From positions 186,001 to 250,000 of the forward strand of contig NW_003314370.1 in NCBI RefSeq assembly GCF_000143415.4: a stretch of DNA of 64,000 nt. The letters are read 5' to 3'. The notes under the pieces were generated by a model that was not told the DNA's origin, made no database searches, and saw only the letters and a list, made by a program, of their open reading frames with translations. Every line of letters starts with the position of its first letter. Position 1 is the first letter of the stretch. This document shows positions 1 to 10,704 of the stretch, one piece after another. The position numbers were made by a program, and so were the translations under genes. This DNA is from Selaginella moellendorffii. Its lineage: Eukaryota > Plantae > Lycopodiophyta.

Positions 1-1702
1 AAACACGCAATTTCCAAGCTCGCCTTTGAGTAGTATGAGTCTCAAATCGCCGTCCACAACCTTCTTGTCTACCTGTACGAAGAAACAAAACCAAGCTTCT
101 TGGTGAAAAACGCTGTGCTCTAGAAAAACGAAGCTGCATACCGCCATTATGTTTTGAAACTTTTCGACTGTCATTGTGCTGGGGGGTGCCACTGGAACTT
201 TCGCACGCTCTAGCAAGTTTAGGATCCGAGACTGAAGAGAAGCGTCTATCCATCCCAGACGGAATGAGAGATCCGCAGCCATTACCTGCGAAGATAAACA
301 TATGAATGATGAGGCAATAAATCGAAGTTTGGGAATTACCGTGCCAGCAGCTACGGCTTCTCCGTGCAGCCAACCACCGTAGCCAATTCCTGTTTCTATA
401 GCCTGCAAGGAAAAGCTAAGCATCGAAAGGAAAGAAAAAGAAAACGAGGGAGAGATAGCTTACATGTCCAAACGTATGCCCAAGATTTAATGTAGCTCTC
501 AAACCGGCTTCCTTCTCGTCAAGCGATACAACCTCTGCCTTGTTCTCACAAGAACGCTTGATGGCATAAGCAAGAGCATCCGGGTCCCTGATGATTTGAA
601 TGTCACAAACGAGGTAGCCAATCGAGAACAAAGTCACCTGGCCAACAGCTTGTCCATGTTTTCCTCTTGCCACTCGAAAAACTTCGCGTCTCTGATCAAA
701 CCATATTTGACGACTTCAGCAATTCCAGAACAGAGCTCTCTCTCTGGAAGCGTGCTAAGAGTATCCGTGTCGATAACCACGCACTGAGGCTGGTAAAATG
801 CACCAATGAGATTTTTGCCAAGCGGATGATTTACACCGGTCTTCCCTCCGACTGACGAATCAACCTGGGAAAGAAAAATCTTGTGACTTTCCACAAACTA
901 GGTTCTAGAAAACAAGTTACCTGAGCCATGAGCGTCGTTGGAATCTGAATAAAATTCACACCGCGGAGAAAAGCCGCAGCAGCAAACCCACACATATCTC
1001 CAATCACTCCTCCTCCCAGTGCCACGAACGTACACCTTCGATCCATTCTGGTCTCCACCGCTTTGTCAAAAACTTTCATCAAAGTTCCCTGGAAAGAGAA
1101 GGAAAGGAAGGTGAACAACGAGAAAGAGCAACCAAACCACGCACCATGTCCTTATACTTCTCACCATCCGGCAGGATAACGCTCTCCACATTTATCTTGG
1201 AACCATTTGCCTTGAGAAGCCCGACTACTTTCTCCAGGTACAATGGTGCCACGGTCGTGTTCGTCACCACCAACACATTCTTTCCTTTCACATGTCTGTA
1301 GAGAAAGATCGGTTTTTCTGAGAGAACTGGAAAGAGAGAAAGAGAGAACAGAGAATTCACGTACTTCTGGAGAAGCTCTGGCTTGTCTAGAAGACCAGAT
1401 CCGATGTAGATTGGATAGGTGCGATCGCTCAAATCCACATCCACGACCTCCATTCTCGCCTCCTCGCTCAAATGCACATCTTGGAGCACCTGTGCAGCTG
1501 CTACCTTGAGCACAGCCCTCCGGCCACAGCCAACCCCCGCGGCGGAGGAGCACCGCAGTGCGAATTGCGCGAACCTGGAAGACGACGATCTCGCGGCAAA
1601 CAAAGCCGAGGAGGACGACGACGTCGCCGCCGCGAATGGGCCATCGCTCGCCGTGGTGGCAGCTCCTCGGATCAATGCCGCGGGCGCTAGCGCTGCCGCC
1701 AT
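1..1702 (-). CDS. DHQS: 3-dehydroquinate synthase, plastid-targeted (multi-exon, 3' end runs off the window)
   Basis: Exons give [82 protein letters not shown] and [16 protein letters not shown]. The Ala/Ser-rich N-terminus from ATG 1702 looks like a transit peptide. Confidence 0.95.
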
Positions 1703-1847
1703 AGCTCCTCCTGCCTCCTCCAAACCTAGGCGCTCGTATTTCCTTTTGTTTGCTCCCGCAAAGCCTCCAATGCTGACCGCTAGGTGGCCAGCTCACCTGG
1801 CCACCTGGACTTCTTAGCCGATGTGTCAGCCACGTCATTGCGGATGA

Positions 1848-4800
1848 TCAAACGCTGGAGAGGACAACGTAGGCGGCCGGGCGGCGAGGATCCAGCTCCA
1901 TGACCCTCTCCGCCACTCTCTTGGCCCTCTTCTCATCGCCCTGGACCTTGCAAGCGCTGAGGAGCGTCATCCACAGCACGTAGCTCGCCGGGACTGGCAT
2001 CTTTCGCAGGAGTTCTTCCGCTTGATCCAGCCTCCCGGCTCGCGCGAGCAGATCCACGACGCAGCCGTAGTGTTCCTGGCTGCCAGCGATCCCAAACTCT
2101 CTGCCCATGGACGTGAAGTGGTAGTAGCCTTCCTCGATCAGGCCACCATGGCTGCACGCCGAGAGAACGCTGACGAGCGTGATGCTGTCCGGCCTGGAGC
2201 TCTCTTGCTGCATTCTCCGGAAGAGCTTGAGAGCCTGCTCGACTTCGCCGTGCTGAGCGTGGGCTGTGACGATCACGTTCCACGACGCAGCGTCTCGCTC
2301 GCGGATCCTCTCGAAAGCTCGCCTTGCCTCGGCCAGCCTTCCCGAGCGGCCAAACATGCTGACGATCGCGTTGCCGACGATGGTGTCCGTCTCGTATCCT
2401 TGATCGCTGATAAGTTTCTCCACCAGCCTGGCTTGCTTGAGCGAGGACGGCGACGATCCGGAGAAGGCGTTGAGCACCGTGACGAAGCTGATCTTGTCCG
2501 GCGCCACGCCTTCCAGCTGCATTCTCTGGAACATCTGGATGGCTTCCCTGCTCAGCCCGTGCTCGGCTTTCCCTGCTATCATCGCGTTCCAGGAGACGAT
2601 GTCTCGAAACTCCATCCTGCTGAAAATCCTGCTTGCCTCGTCCAGGCTCTTGCTTGCCGTGTACATGTTTAATAGTGCCGTGCTGACGATGTGATCCGAC
2701 TCCATCCCTGTCTCTAAGAGAATGTTGTGGATCTTGCTTCCTTCGCTGGCACTCGAACACCCGTTGAGAACTGTCACGAAGCTTACCTTGTCTGCTTTCA
2801 GGCCCTCGAGCTGCATCTCTTGGAATAACTGGAGAGCTTCTCTCCACTTGTCGCGTTGAACGTAAGCAGCAGCGATGGTGTTCCAGGAAACCAGATTTTT
2901 GCCGCACTGGTGGAAAACCAGGTCTGCTTCTTCGAGGCAGCCACACTTCGCGTACATGTTGATAAGAGCGTTCCCGACTGCCGGGCTCGCCGCGAAGCCC
3001 CGCTCGATCGCGTGAGAATGGATAAGCTTGCCTTCTGATAGTGCTGTCAAGCTGGCGCAAGCGTTGAGAGCTGTGACCAGCGTAAAATCGTTCCCCATGA
3101 GCCCCTCGAGTCTCATAAGTCGCGTGCAACCGAGAGCGTCGTCGCTGCTCCCATGCTGGACGTAGGACGAGATTATCGAAGTCCACATAACTATGTCCCT
3201 GTCTTTCATGTCGTCGAAGAGTGAACGAGCTTCTCGAACGTTGCCATATCTGCTGTGCATGTTGATGAGAGCTGAGACGAGAAACACGTCCAGCTCCACT
3301 CCACTTTCAACCATCAGCTCGCTCAAAATTTTGGCTTCTTGCATCCGAGCAGTTCCGTCAATGATGCTGATGAACGTGAACTTGTCAGGAGTGATCCCTT
3401 CGGCCAGCATCCTTCTGAAAAGGTGGACTGCCTCGTCGCAAAAACCAGCCTGTGCGTGTCCTGATATAATGGTGTTCCAGGAGATAGCGTCCCTTTCGAC
3501 CATGGTGCTGAAAAATGCTGCTGCATTGTCGATTCTCCCACAGCTGCTATACATCGTCATGATGCAGTTGCCGACGATCAAGTGCGTGTCGTAGCCACAC
3601 TGAAGAATGCACTCGTAAAGAAGCTCGCCGAAAGTTAGAGTAGCCGGACTGGAGCAAGCGTTGAGGATAGTGATGAAGGTGACCTTGTCCGGAGTACTCC
3701 CCTCCAGCTGCATCTCTCGGAAGAGCTTGAAAGCTTCCTCCCAGAATCCATGCTGGACATAAACCCCGACCATCCTCGTGTACGAGTTCACAGTCTTCCA
3801 GTCTCCAATTCTTTCAAACGTGAAGCGTGTGTCCTCTAAGCTCCCACACTTGGAGTATACGTTGAGCAAAGCGGTGATTACAGCATCGTCACCTCGATCA
3901 AGTCCCGTTTCAAAAATCTGAGCGTGGATGGCCCTGGCTGCGTGTAAGAGAAGAGAATCAGAACAGGCAGTCAAGATGGTAACGAAGGCAATCTTATCTG
4001 GCCTGACACCTTGAAGCTGCATGCGTTGGAAGTACCAGAGTGCCTCCACACAACAACCATGCTGCGTGCAAGCTGCTACAATGGCGTTCCAGGAGACCGT
4101 GTTGGGATGAGGCATTCTCTCGAAAACCTCTCGAGCATCCTCGAGACTTCCGCACTTCCCATACATGTTGACGATCGCACAGCTGACAACAACATCCGAC
4201 TCAAAACCATCTTCCAAAACCTGCGAGTGAATGAGCTTACCATCGGCCATAGACTCGACGTGAGCGCAAGCGCTGATGGCTGTAGCATACGTGATCCTGT
4301 TGGGAAGAACTCCCGATGGTCTCATTCGATGGAAGAGCTCGAGAGCTTCCACACACCGATCATGCTGGACGTAAGTCATGATCATCGAGGTCCACGAGAC
4401 AACGTCCTGCAGTGCAAGCTTGTCAAAGACTCTTCTAGCATCCTCCACACAACCACATTTTCCATACATTTTTATCAAAGAAGTTCCAACCATCACATTC
4501 CTCTCAAGCCCAGCCTCAAGAACAAAGCCGTGAAGAAGCTTACCTCGAGAGAGATCGCCAGTGGCAGTGCATCCATCCAGCACCGTGACGAACGTGATCC
4601 TGTCCGGAGCTAGCCCCTGGAGCTTCATCCTCTGGAAAATTTGGAAAGCCTGCTGGAACTGGCCATCTCTAGCGAAAGCAGCGAGAAGAGAATTCCACGA
4701 TACCTGTGAGGGATGATCCAAGCTTTGGAACACCGTCACCGCATCCTCCACACAGCCGCATTTGCCATACATGTGGATCGTGGCGTTCTGGACGAGATCG

Positions 4801-5051
4801 TCGCGACGAAATTCGCTCGCCTCGACCCTGGAATGGACGAATCTCCCTTCGGCGATTGCGGATTTCTTAGCACACAGGCCCAGCAGCGCCAGGAATGTGC
4901 CCCTGTCAGGCGCCAGGCCCTCCTCGCGCATTCTCTCCAGGGATTCGATCGACTCGGCCAGATGCCCAGCGTGGGCATACGCTGCGGCGATCTTGTTGAG
5001 TGCGATCACACCCGAGCGCTGCTGGAGCTTCAACAGTGCCGATTCTTGCAT
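1848..5051 (-). CDS. PLS-class pentatricopeptide repeat protein, E-type, no DYW domain (1067 aa, intronless)
   Basis: Repeated MYGKCG..EDA..VF / VSWN.II / PD..TF motifs. Ends EHYGCVVDLLARAGRLDQAEELL...WMTLLSACK...ELDPRRPAAYVVLSSV*. Confidence 0.93.
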   Translation of the reverse strand: MQESALLKLQQRSGVIALNKIAAAYAHAGHLAESIESLERMREEGLAPDRGTFLALLGLCAKKSAIAEGRFVHSRVEASEFRRDDLVQNATIHMYGKCGCVEDAVTVFQSLDHPSQVSWNSLLAAFARDGQFQQAFQIFQRMKLQGLAPDRITFVTVLDGCTATGDLSRGKLLHGFVLEAGLERNVMVGTSLIKMYGKCGCVEDARRVFDKLALQDVVSWTSMIMTYVQHDRCVEALELFHRMRPSGVLPNRITYATAISACAHVESMADGKLIHSQVLEDGFESDVVVSCAIVNMYGKCGSLEDAREVFERMPHPNTVSWNAIVAACTQHGCCVEALWYFQRMQLQGVRPDKIAFVTILTACSDSLLLHAARAIHAQIFETGLDRGDDAVITALLNVYSKCGSLEDTRFTFERIGDWKTVNSYTRMVGVYVQHGFWEEAFKLFREMQLEGSTPDKVTFITILNACSSPATLTFGELLYECILQCGYDTHLIVGNCIMTMYSSCGRIDNAAAFFSTMVERDAISWNTIISGHAQAGFCDEAVHLFRRMLAEGITPDKFTFISIIDGTARMQEAKILSELMVESGVELDVFLVSALINMHSRYGNVREARSLFDDMKDRDIVMWTSIISSYVQHGSSDDALGCTRLMRLEGLMGNDFTLVTALNACASLTALSEGKLIHSHAIERGFAASPAVGNALINMYAKCGCLEEADLVFHQCGKNLVSWNTIAAAYVQRDKWREALQLFQEMQLEGLKADKVSFVTVLNGCSSASEGSKIHNILLETGMESDHIVSTALLNMYTASKSLDEASRIFSRMEFRDIVSWNAMIAGKAEHGLSREAIQMFQRMQLEGVAPDKISFVTVLNAFSGSSPSSLKQARLVEKLISDQGYETDTIVGNAIVSMFGRSGRLAEARRAFERIRERDAASWNVIVTAHAQHGEVEQALKLFRRMQQESSRPDSITLVSVLSACSHGGLIEEGYYHFTSMGREFGIAGSQEHYGCVVDLLARAGRLDQAEELLRKMPVPASYVLWMTLLSACKVQGDEKRAKRVAERVMELDPRRPAAYVVLSSV

Positions 5052-5236
5052 CGATCTAGACGATCCAGGCCGAGGCGCGGCGATCCCAGAAGCGCATTCT
5101 TCTCTCCCAATATGACCTAAAATCTCTTTCTTCTCCTCCTAGGGCTTTCTTCTTGCTCGCGCTAGAATGCGTCGCGGATCGGCGCTCTACTCGGCGTGAT
5201 TGGAAGCTCTCTTGCGGGGATCTCGATCTTGTGGCC

Positions 5237-6663
5237 ATGGGAGACATCAAGCACCGCGATAAGGAGAATGATCCGGACAGGATGATGCGCAAGGGCGACA
5301 AGCTGTGAGTGCTTCCTTCTTCCTCGAGCGATTCCCGGACCTAAATTTTCTCGTGCTTGATCGGCAGGACGAAGCTGAGCTTGACGCGATGGACATCGGA
5401 TTGGGCTCGAGCGACCCCGTATTACGAACAAGCCGGTGAGACCATAGCTAGAGAACTAGAGCTTCTTACCCACATTTTTGTGATCTATGTTTAATTCTTC
5501 TTCTTCCTCTTGCTGGTAGCGAATCTGTTCAAGATTGCCAAGAAGACTGAGAAGGCCAAGGAAGCGCATGAGAGAGCAGCAATGGGACAAGAGCGTCTTG
5601 CTTCGTATCCAAAAAACTTACTCCTCGAGAGTTCGTTTTCTTCTATGATATCCCTTTGTCATCCTTGACGCTTAGGAAACTCGGAAAGGCCTTGGCACGC
5701 GGGAAAGCATATGGAAAGCGCTGGAGCTCTCGCGAAAGAGCTTGGATTATGGAACGAGGTGGCGGACTTTTTCAGAAGAGCGAGTGAGCTCTACATAGAA
5801 TCTGGAAAGCCTCAGCCGGCAGCGGAAGCACTCTCGAGGGGTGGAAGGTACTCACATCAAACTCTAAAATGCTGGTTCTTAATAGTTTTTGGATCGGTAA
5901 TTCCAGAGCTTTGGAGGATGGCTTGCCTGACGAAGCCGTGAAGATGTACCTTGAAGCGGTTGGGATTTTTGAGGAGGAGCAACGAGAGCAAATGGCGTTT
6001 GATACATATCGTTCTGCAACAAGTTTGTACATAAAGCTGCAGAGGTATGATCACTGTGTGGCTTAGTTTTCCTGAACAAAAGACTTGCAATCTCAGGTAT
6101 ACAGATGCTGCAACTATGTTGCTAAGATGGGGCCAATCCGCTGATAAATGCAAAGCGACATCGACGCAATGCAAGGTATGTTTGCCTTTCTTGATTTCTT
6201 AGATTCAGCCTTTGTGTTTTTAGACATGCGTGGGTGCTGTTATCGTCTACTTGTACGCTCAAGACTTCAAGCAGGCCGAGCAATGTCAAAATGATCTATC
6301 CATGTAAGTACAGTGGCGATTCTCGGGAAAGAACCAACCGCTCGAATCTCCTCGTTTTGCAGGATAGATGCATATTTCCAAAGCGAACAAAACAGGTTTG
6401 CGGAGCAGCTGCTAAACGCATACCGGGAAGGAAACCCAGAGGAAGTGAAGCACGTCGTAAAATCGAGCGGTGTTATAAATCATTTGGATCACATGGTACT
6501 GTAAACTTTACAATCTCCACTGATCCTTTACCTTTTTGTACTTGCGTAGATCATCCGGCTCGCAAAACAGCTTCCCGTCGGTGATATATCGCACTTAGCG
6601 GAATCTAGTGGCGCGGGAGGAGAGGCAGCAGCAGAAGGATTGGAAGAAGACGATTTGACATAG
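5237..6663 (+). CDS. GSNAP: gamma-soluble NSF attachment protein (gamma-SNAP), multi-exon
   Basis: Spliced exons read MGDIKHRDKENDPDRMMRKGDKL/TKLSLTRWTSDWARATPYYEQA...SPWHAGKHMESAGALAKELGLWNEVADFFRRASELYIESGKPQPAAEAL...LEEDDLT*. Confidence 0.9.
5605..5688 (+). other. probable U12-type (minor spliceosome) GT-AG intron in gamma-SNAP
   Basis: 5' site GTATCC, branch box TCCTTGAC at 5662-5669, purine-rich GAAAG acceptor with no polypyrimidine tract. Removal restores ...LAS-PWHAGKHME. Confidence 0.65.
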
Positions 6664-6845
6664 CCTCGTAAACGTGAGTGCTTCAGTTTCATTGTAACAG
6701 CTTGCGTTTTCTCATATACAGAGGTTTTTTCCAAAACGGTGATCAAAGTAAAAAGTTATAATAAGCGGATAAGCATAAGTGAGAAAAATATGCCATTTTC
6801 TTGGAAGAACATTCATTGTACCTGGTCAGGAGAAAGGTTTTCGAG

Positions 6846-8318
6846 ATGGCGGCATGGTGTGAGACGCCAGGCGTGATCAAGTATGGTATCATTGGGGTCG
6901 GGATGATGGGACGAGAGCATATACTCAACTTGGCAGTGGTGGAAGGGGCTGAAGTTGTGGCAATCGCCGATCCTTTCGAGCCGTCCAGGCAAGCCGCTGT
7001 GAAGATTGCGAATTCTATTCAGAGAGGGCACACTCTTCAGGTGAAAATGGTTTTCTTTCTCTCTTTTGCTCTCATGAGAAGTACGGGTTCAGGTGTTCGA
7101 GGATCACAAGGCATTACTCGACAGTGGAGGCTGTGATGTTGTGATTGTTTCTACACCCAACATGACGCACGCGAGGATCCTTTTGGACATTTTGAGCCAC
7201 CACAGGACGCATCACGTTTTGGTGGAGAAGCCACTATGTACAACGGTGGCGGATTGCAAGGAGGTCTCTATCAGTTTTCCTTTGCTTGATTGGTTCCTGC
7301 CTTCGATCTATTGTTTAGGTACTCGAAGCTGCAAAGAGTCGTCCAGATATCTTGCTGCAAGTCGGATTGGAATACAGATACATGCCACCGATTGCAAGGC
7401 TGATCAAGGAAGTTAAATTGGGGAGAGTTGGCACAGTCAAAATGGTGGCAATTCGTGAGCACCGCTTTCCGTTCCTTGTAAAGGTAAGTTCCTGTTTATA
7501 CTTGCATGTGGCCGATAAACAATGGTGCCGCTATGCTCACAGGTTCATGACTGGAATCGATTCAACAAAAACTCGGGTGGAACATTAGTAGAGAAATGCT
7601 GCCATTTTTTCGACTTAATGAATCTCATCATAGGAAGCCAGCCAGTTCGCGTGATGGCCTCCGGAGGTCAAGATGTAAATCACTTGGATGAAGTCTACGA
7701 TGGCAAGGTACCGAAAAACTTCATTTTTGCCCCGCCCTTCCTGACACACCGTGAACAGGTTCCAGATATCATTGACAACGCCTACGTGATTGTCGACTAC
7801 AGCAGCGGCGCACGGAGCATGCTGGATCTTTGCATGTTTGCCGAAGGCGGCCAGAACGAGCAAGAGATTTGCGTGACTGGAAACGCTGGCAAGGTACTAG
7901 TTTTTCGCTATAGCTTTCCTTTTCCTCAAAGTTTACAAGAAGAAAACCATTCCTCTACAAGGTGGAAGCATTCGTTCCAGACAACACTGTCCGGATCGGG
8001 AGCAGGAGCGGCGGCAGGCAAAACGTAGAAACCATCAAAGTCTTCAACAGCAGAGTCAGGTAAAAATCTAGTTTTTTCTTTTTGTACGCATTGAGCTCAC
8101 TCACAGCCGTTCGCTGCTCACACAGATACGAGGGCCTTCATCACGGCTCAAGCTACTTGGAGCACCTGGAATTCCTAGCTGCGATAAAGTCCCACGGCAA
8201 GAAACCACCTGCTGTGAGCCTGGACGATGGACTCCTCTCGGTGGCCATCGGCGTCGCGGCGCAAAAATCCATCGAGCTAGGAAGGGCAGTCTCCATGGAA
8301 GAAATCAAAGTGTTTTGA
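6846..8318 (+). CDS. Gfo/Idh/MocA family NAD(P)-dependent oxidoreductase (inositol 2-dehydrogenase-like), multi-exon
   Basis: YGIIGVGMMGREH Rossmann motif, STPNMTH, HVLVEKP, QVGLEYRY, GGTLVEKCCHFFDL, HHGSSYLEH. Confidence 0.92.
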
Positions 8319-8518
8319 GCAGGGGATGTTTTACCTTGTTAATTTTCAATCCAAATAAGCCATGAACGTTTCATTCAGGTTGAGGTGCGATGGAGCTACA
8401 AGAAGCTACTTGGATGCCTTCTAGGAGTTTGCAGCTCTTTCCAAAAAGAAATCTAGGAAATGCAACTAAAACTTAAAAGGAGTGTTTGATCACTTAAAAA
8501 AAAGATTTAGGGTTCTTG

Positions 8519-10190
8519 ATGGAGGGACCGCCTCTCTTCTCCAGGGCGGCACTGAAGAAGAAGAAGCGCAAGCGCGGCGATCCGGTGCCAGCAGCAGAAC
8601 GCCCAGATGATGGCAATGCGCGTTCCACCGAGATTTGCAAGGAATCGGATGCTCCAGAGGGCGGCGGCGGTGGTGGATCGTTTGAGGAGCTGGGGGTGGC
8701 GGAATGGCTCGTCGGCGCCTGCAAGGAGCTAGGTATGCGCCATCCCACGCCGGTCCAGAGGGCTTGTGTGCCGCAGATTCTCAAGGGAAAGGATGTCTTG
8801 GGCATGGCGCAGACTGGAAGTGGCAAGACGGCCGCATTTGCGCTGCCGATTCTCCAGCGGCTGGGAGAGAACCCATACGGGATCTTTGCGCTCGTCATGA
8901 CCCCCACTCGCGAGCTCGCCTTCCAAATCTCCGATCAGTTCAAGGCGCTGGGCGCTGGAGTTCATTTGCGCTGTGCTGTGGTTGTGGGTGGCATGGACAT
9001 GACCACGCAAGCACAGATTTTGATGGAAAGGCCTCACGTTGTGATCGCGACGCCGGGAAGGATCAAAGCTCATATTGGCAGTGATCCAGACATCGCTGCC
9101 GCCTTCTCCAAAACGAAGGTGAGAGCTCAGCTCATTTCACTTTTTTCTTTTCATCTCCTTTCACGGCTTTCATTCTTTCTCTCATTCCAGTTTTTGGTGC
9201 TTGATGAGGCAGACTTGCTGCTTGATCGCGGGTTCCAAGACGAGCTGCAGACCATTTTCGATGGCATCTCCAAGCAGCGCCAAACACTGCTCTTCTCGGC
9301 CACCATGACTGGGGATCTTCAGGCGCTGCGAGACCTGTTTGGCCACAGGGCCTTCTTCTACCAGGCATACGAGGGGCTCAAGACTGTGGAGTCTCTCGAC
9401 CAAAGGTATATTTTCATGCCGGGGAAGGTAAAGAACGTCTATCTCACGTATCTTCTGGAGAACCTCGAACTGGAAGACATACGCTCGGTTATCATCTTTG
9501 TGTCCCGCTGCAGGTACGCATAAAAAATAAAAAAAAAGATTCGTTTAAGTTCTAGCATTGGGTTTTCACTTTGTGGAATTTTTTTTTCTCTCTCGCAGGA
9601 CGTGCCATTTACTAAGCTTGATACTGGACGAGCTTGGCATCTCTGCCGTGGCTCTACATTCAGTGAAGACGCAGCCCCAGCGATTGGCGGCTCTGAATCA
9701 GTTCAAATCCGGGCAGGCAACAATCCTGATTGCAACCGATGTTGCCAGTCGAGGCCTGGACATTCCAACCGTGGATCTAGTTGTGAATTACGATATTCCG
9801 AGGTTCTTTTCTCTCCTTGATCGCTGCTCATCGCTGAAGCTCGTATGTCTTGCAGGTTTACTAAGGATTACGTCCATAGAGTCGGACGAACTGCGCGTGC
9901 TGGGCGTGGTGGACGTGCGATCTCTCTTGTAACCGAGGTTTGGATTTGCTTTTCTGGTCGCCTGGAGTTTAATTGCTCGGTTTGCGCAGCTTGACGTTGA
10001 GCTGGTACACGAAGTGGAGTCCTTTCTCGGGAAGAAGCTGGAGGAATACGAAGTCAGTGAAGCGGACGTGCTGAAGAACATTACCAAGGTCTACAAAGCA
10101 AAACGAGTTGCAATCATGAAAATGGAAGATAGCGGCATCCAAGAGAAAATGGATGCCCGTAAGAAGATGAAAGTTAAGTCTCGAGCATGA
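8519..10190 (+). CDS. RH36: DEAD-box ATP-dependent RNA helicase, RH36/DDX49/Dbp8 type
   Basis: Q motif [53 protein letters not shown]. Last exon ends KVKSRA* at 10190. Confidence 0.9.
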
Positions 10191-10511
10191 GCTAGCGGTT
10201 AAGGTAGGCTTAAGAAAAGAAAATACCTTGTTTCGTGACCACGATGCCATCGTTAATTTGCTTACTTCCGGCCTGACTGTCCCAGTAGATCTACCATGCT
10301 GCTCCAGAGCCAATGTTATGGAGCTCCATTGACCCTCACCGAGGCTAGAGATGGAGAGAAGCCTGACTTCGTTGATGGGTCTCATGCCATGCTGTGGCTT
10401 TTGCAGGGAATCCATTTGGTGGTCATGGACGTCCACGACACAATGTTGGTTCTTATTTCTTATTTTACAAATTTGTATTTGTCAATAAATGTTTTATAAT
10501 AAAATTAATAT

Positions 10512-10687
10512 TGTGAGGGCCAAATTTACGGCTATGATGCTATATCCTAATATTATTGTAGTGGGATTTTGGTAGCTGTCGGATTAGTTTTAATCTAGAC
10601 TATTTGCTCTTGTATATAAATTACAGTTTTTGGGTTAATTAATATGCATATTTTCTGTATTCCCTTTTCATATTCCAAGCACTAACA
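10512..10687 (+). repeat. 5' LTR (176 bp)
   Basis: TGTGAGGGCC...GCACTAACA; aligns to 15322-15489 and 28384-28544. Confidence 0.9.
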
Positions 10688-10688
10688 T

Positions 10689-10704
10689 TGGTGGAGTTGA
10701 GGGG
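10689..10704 (+). promoter_or_regulatory. primer-binding site, best matching the tRNA-Ala 3' end
   Basis: TGGTGGAGTTGAGGGG lies one base after the LTR. The reverse complement of plant tRNA-Ala 3' ends is TGGTGGAGATGCGGGG (recalled). Confidence 0.65.

Noticed and set aside
1933-3186. 417-aa alternative-frame ORF and antisense ORFs overlapping the PPR gene
   Set aside because: Arg/Gly-rich shadow frames expected from GC-rich codon usage; no domain motifs.
9969-10499. Short ORFs at and after the helicase 3' end
   Set aside because: Overlap the RH36 last exon or 3' UTR; no recognisable motifs or splice support.
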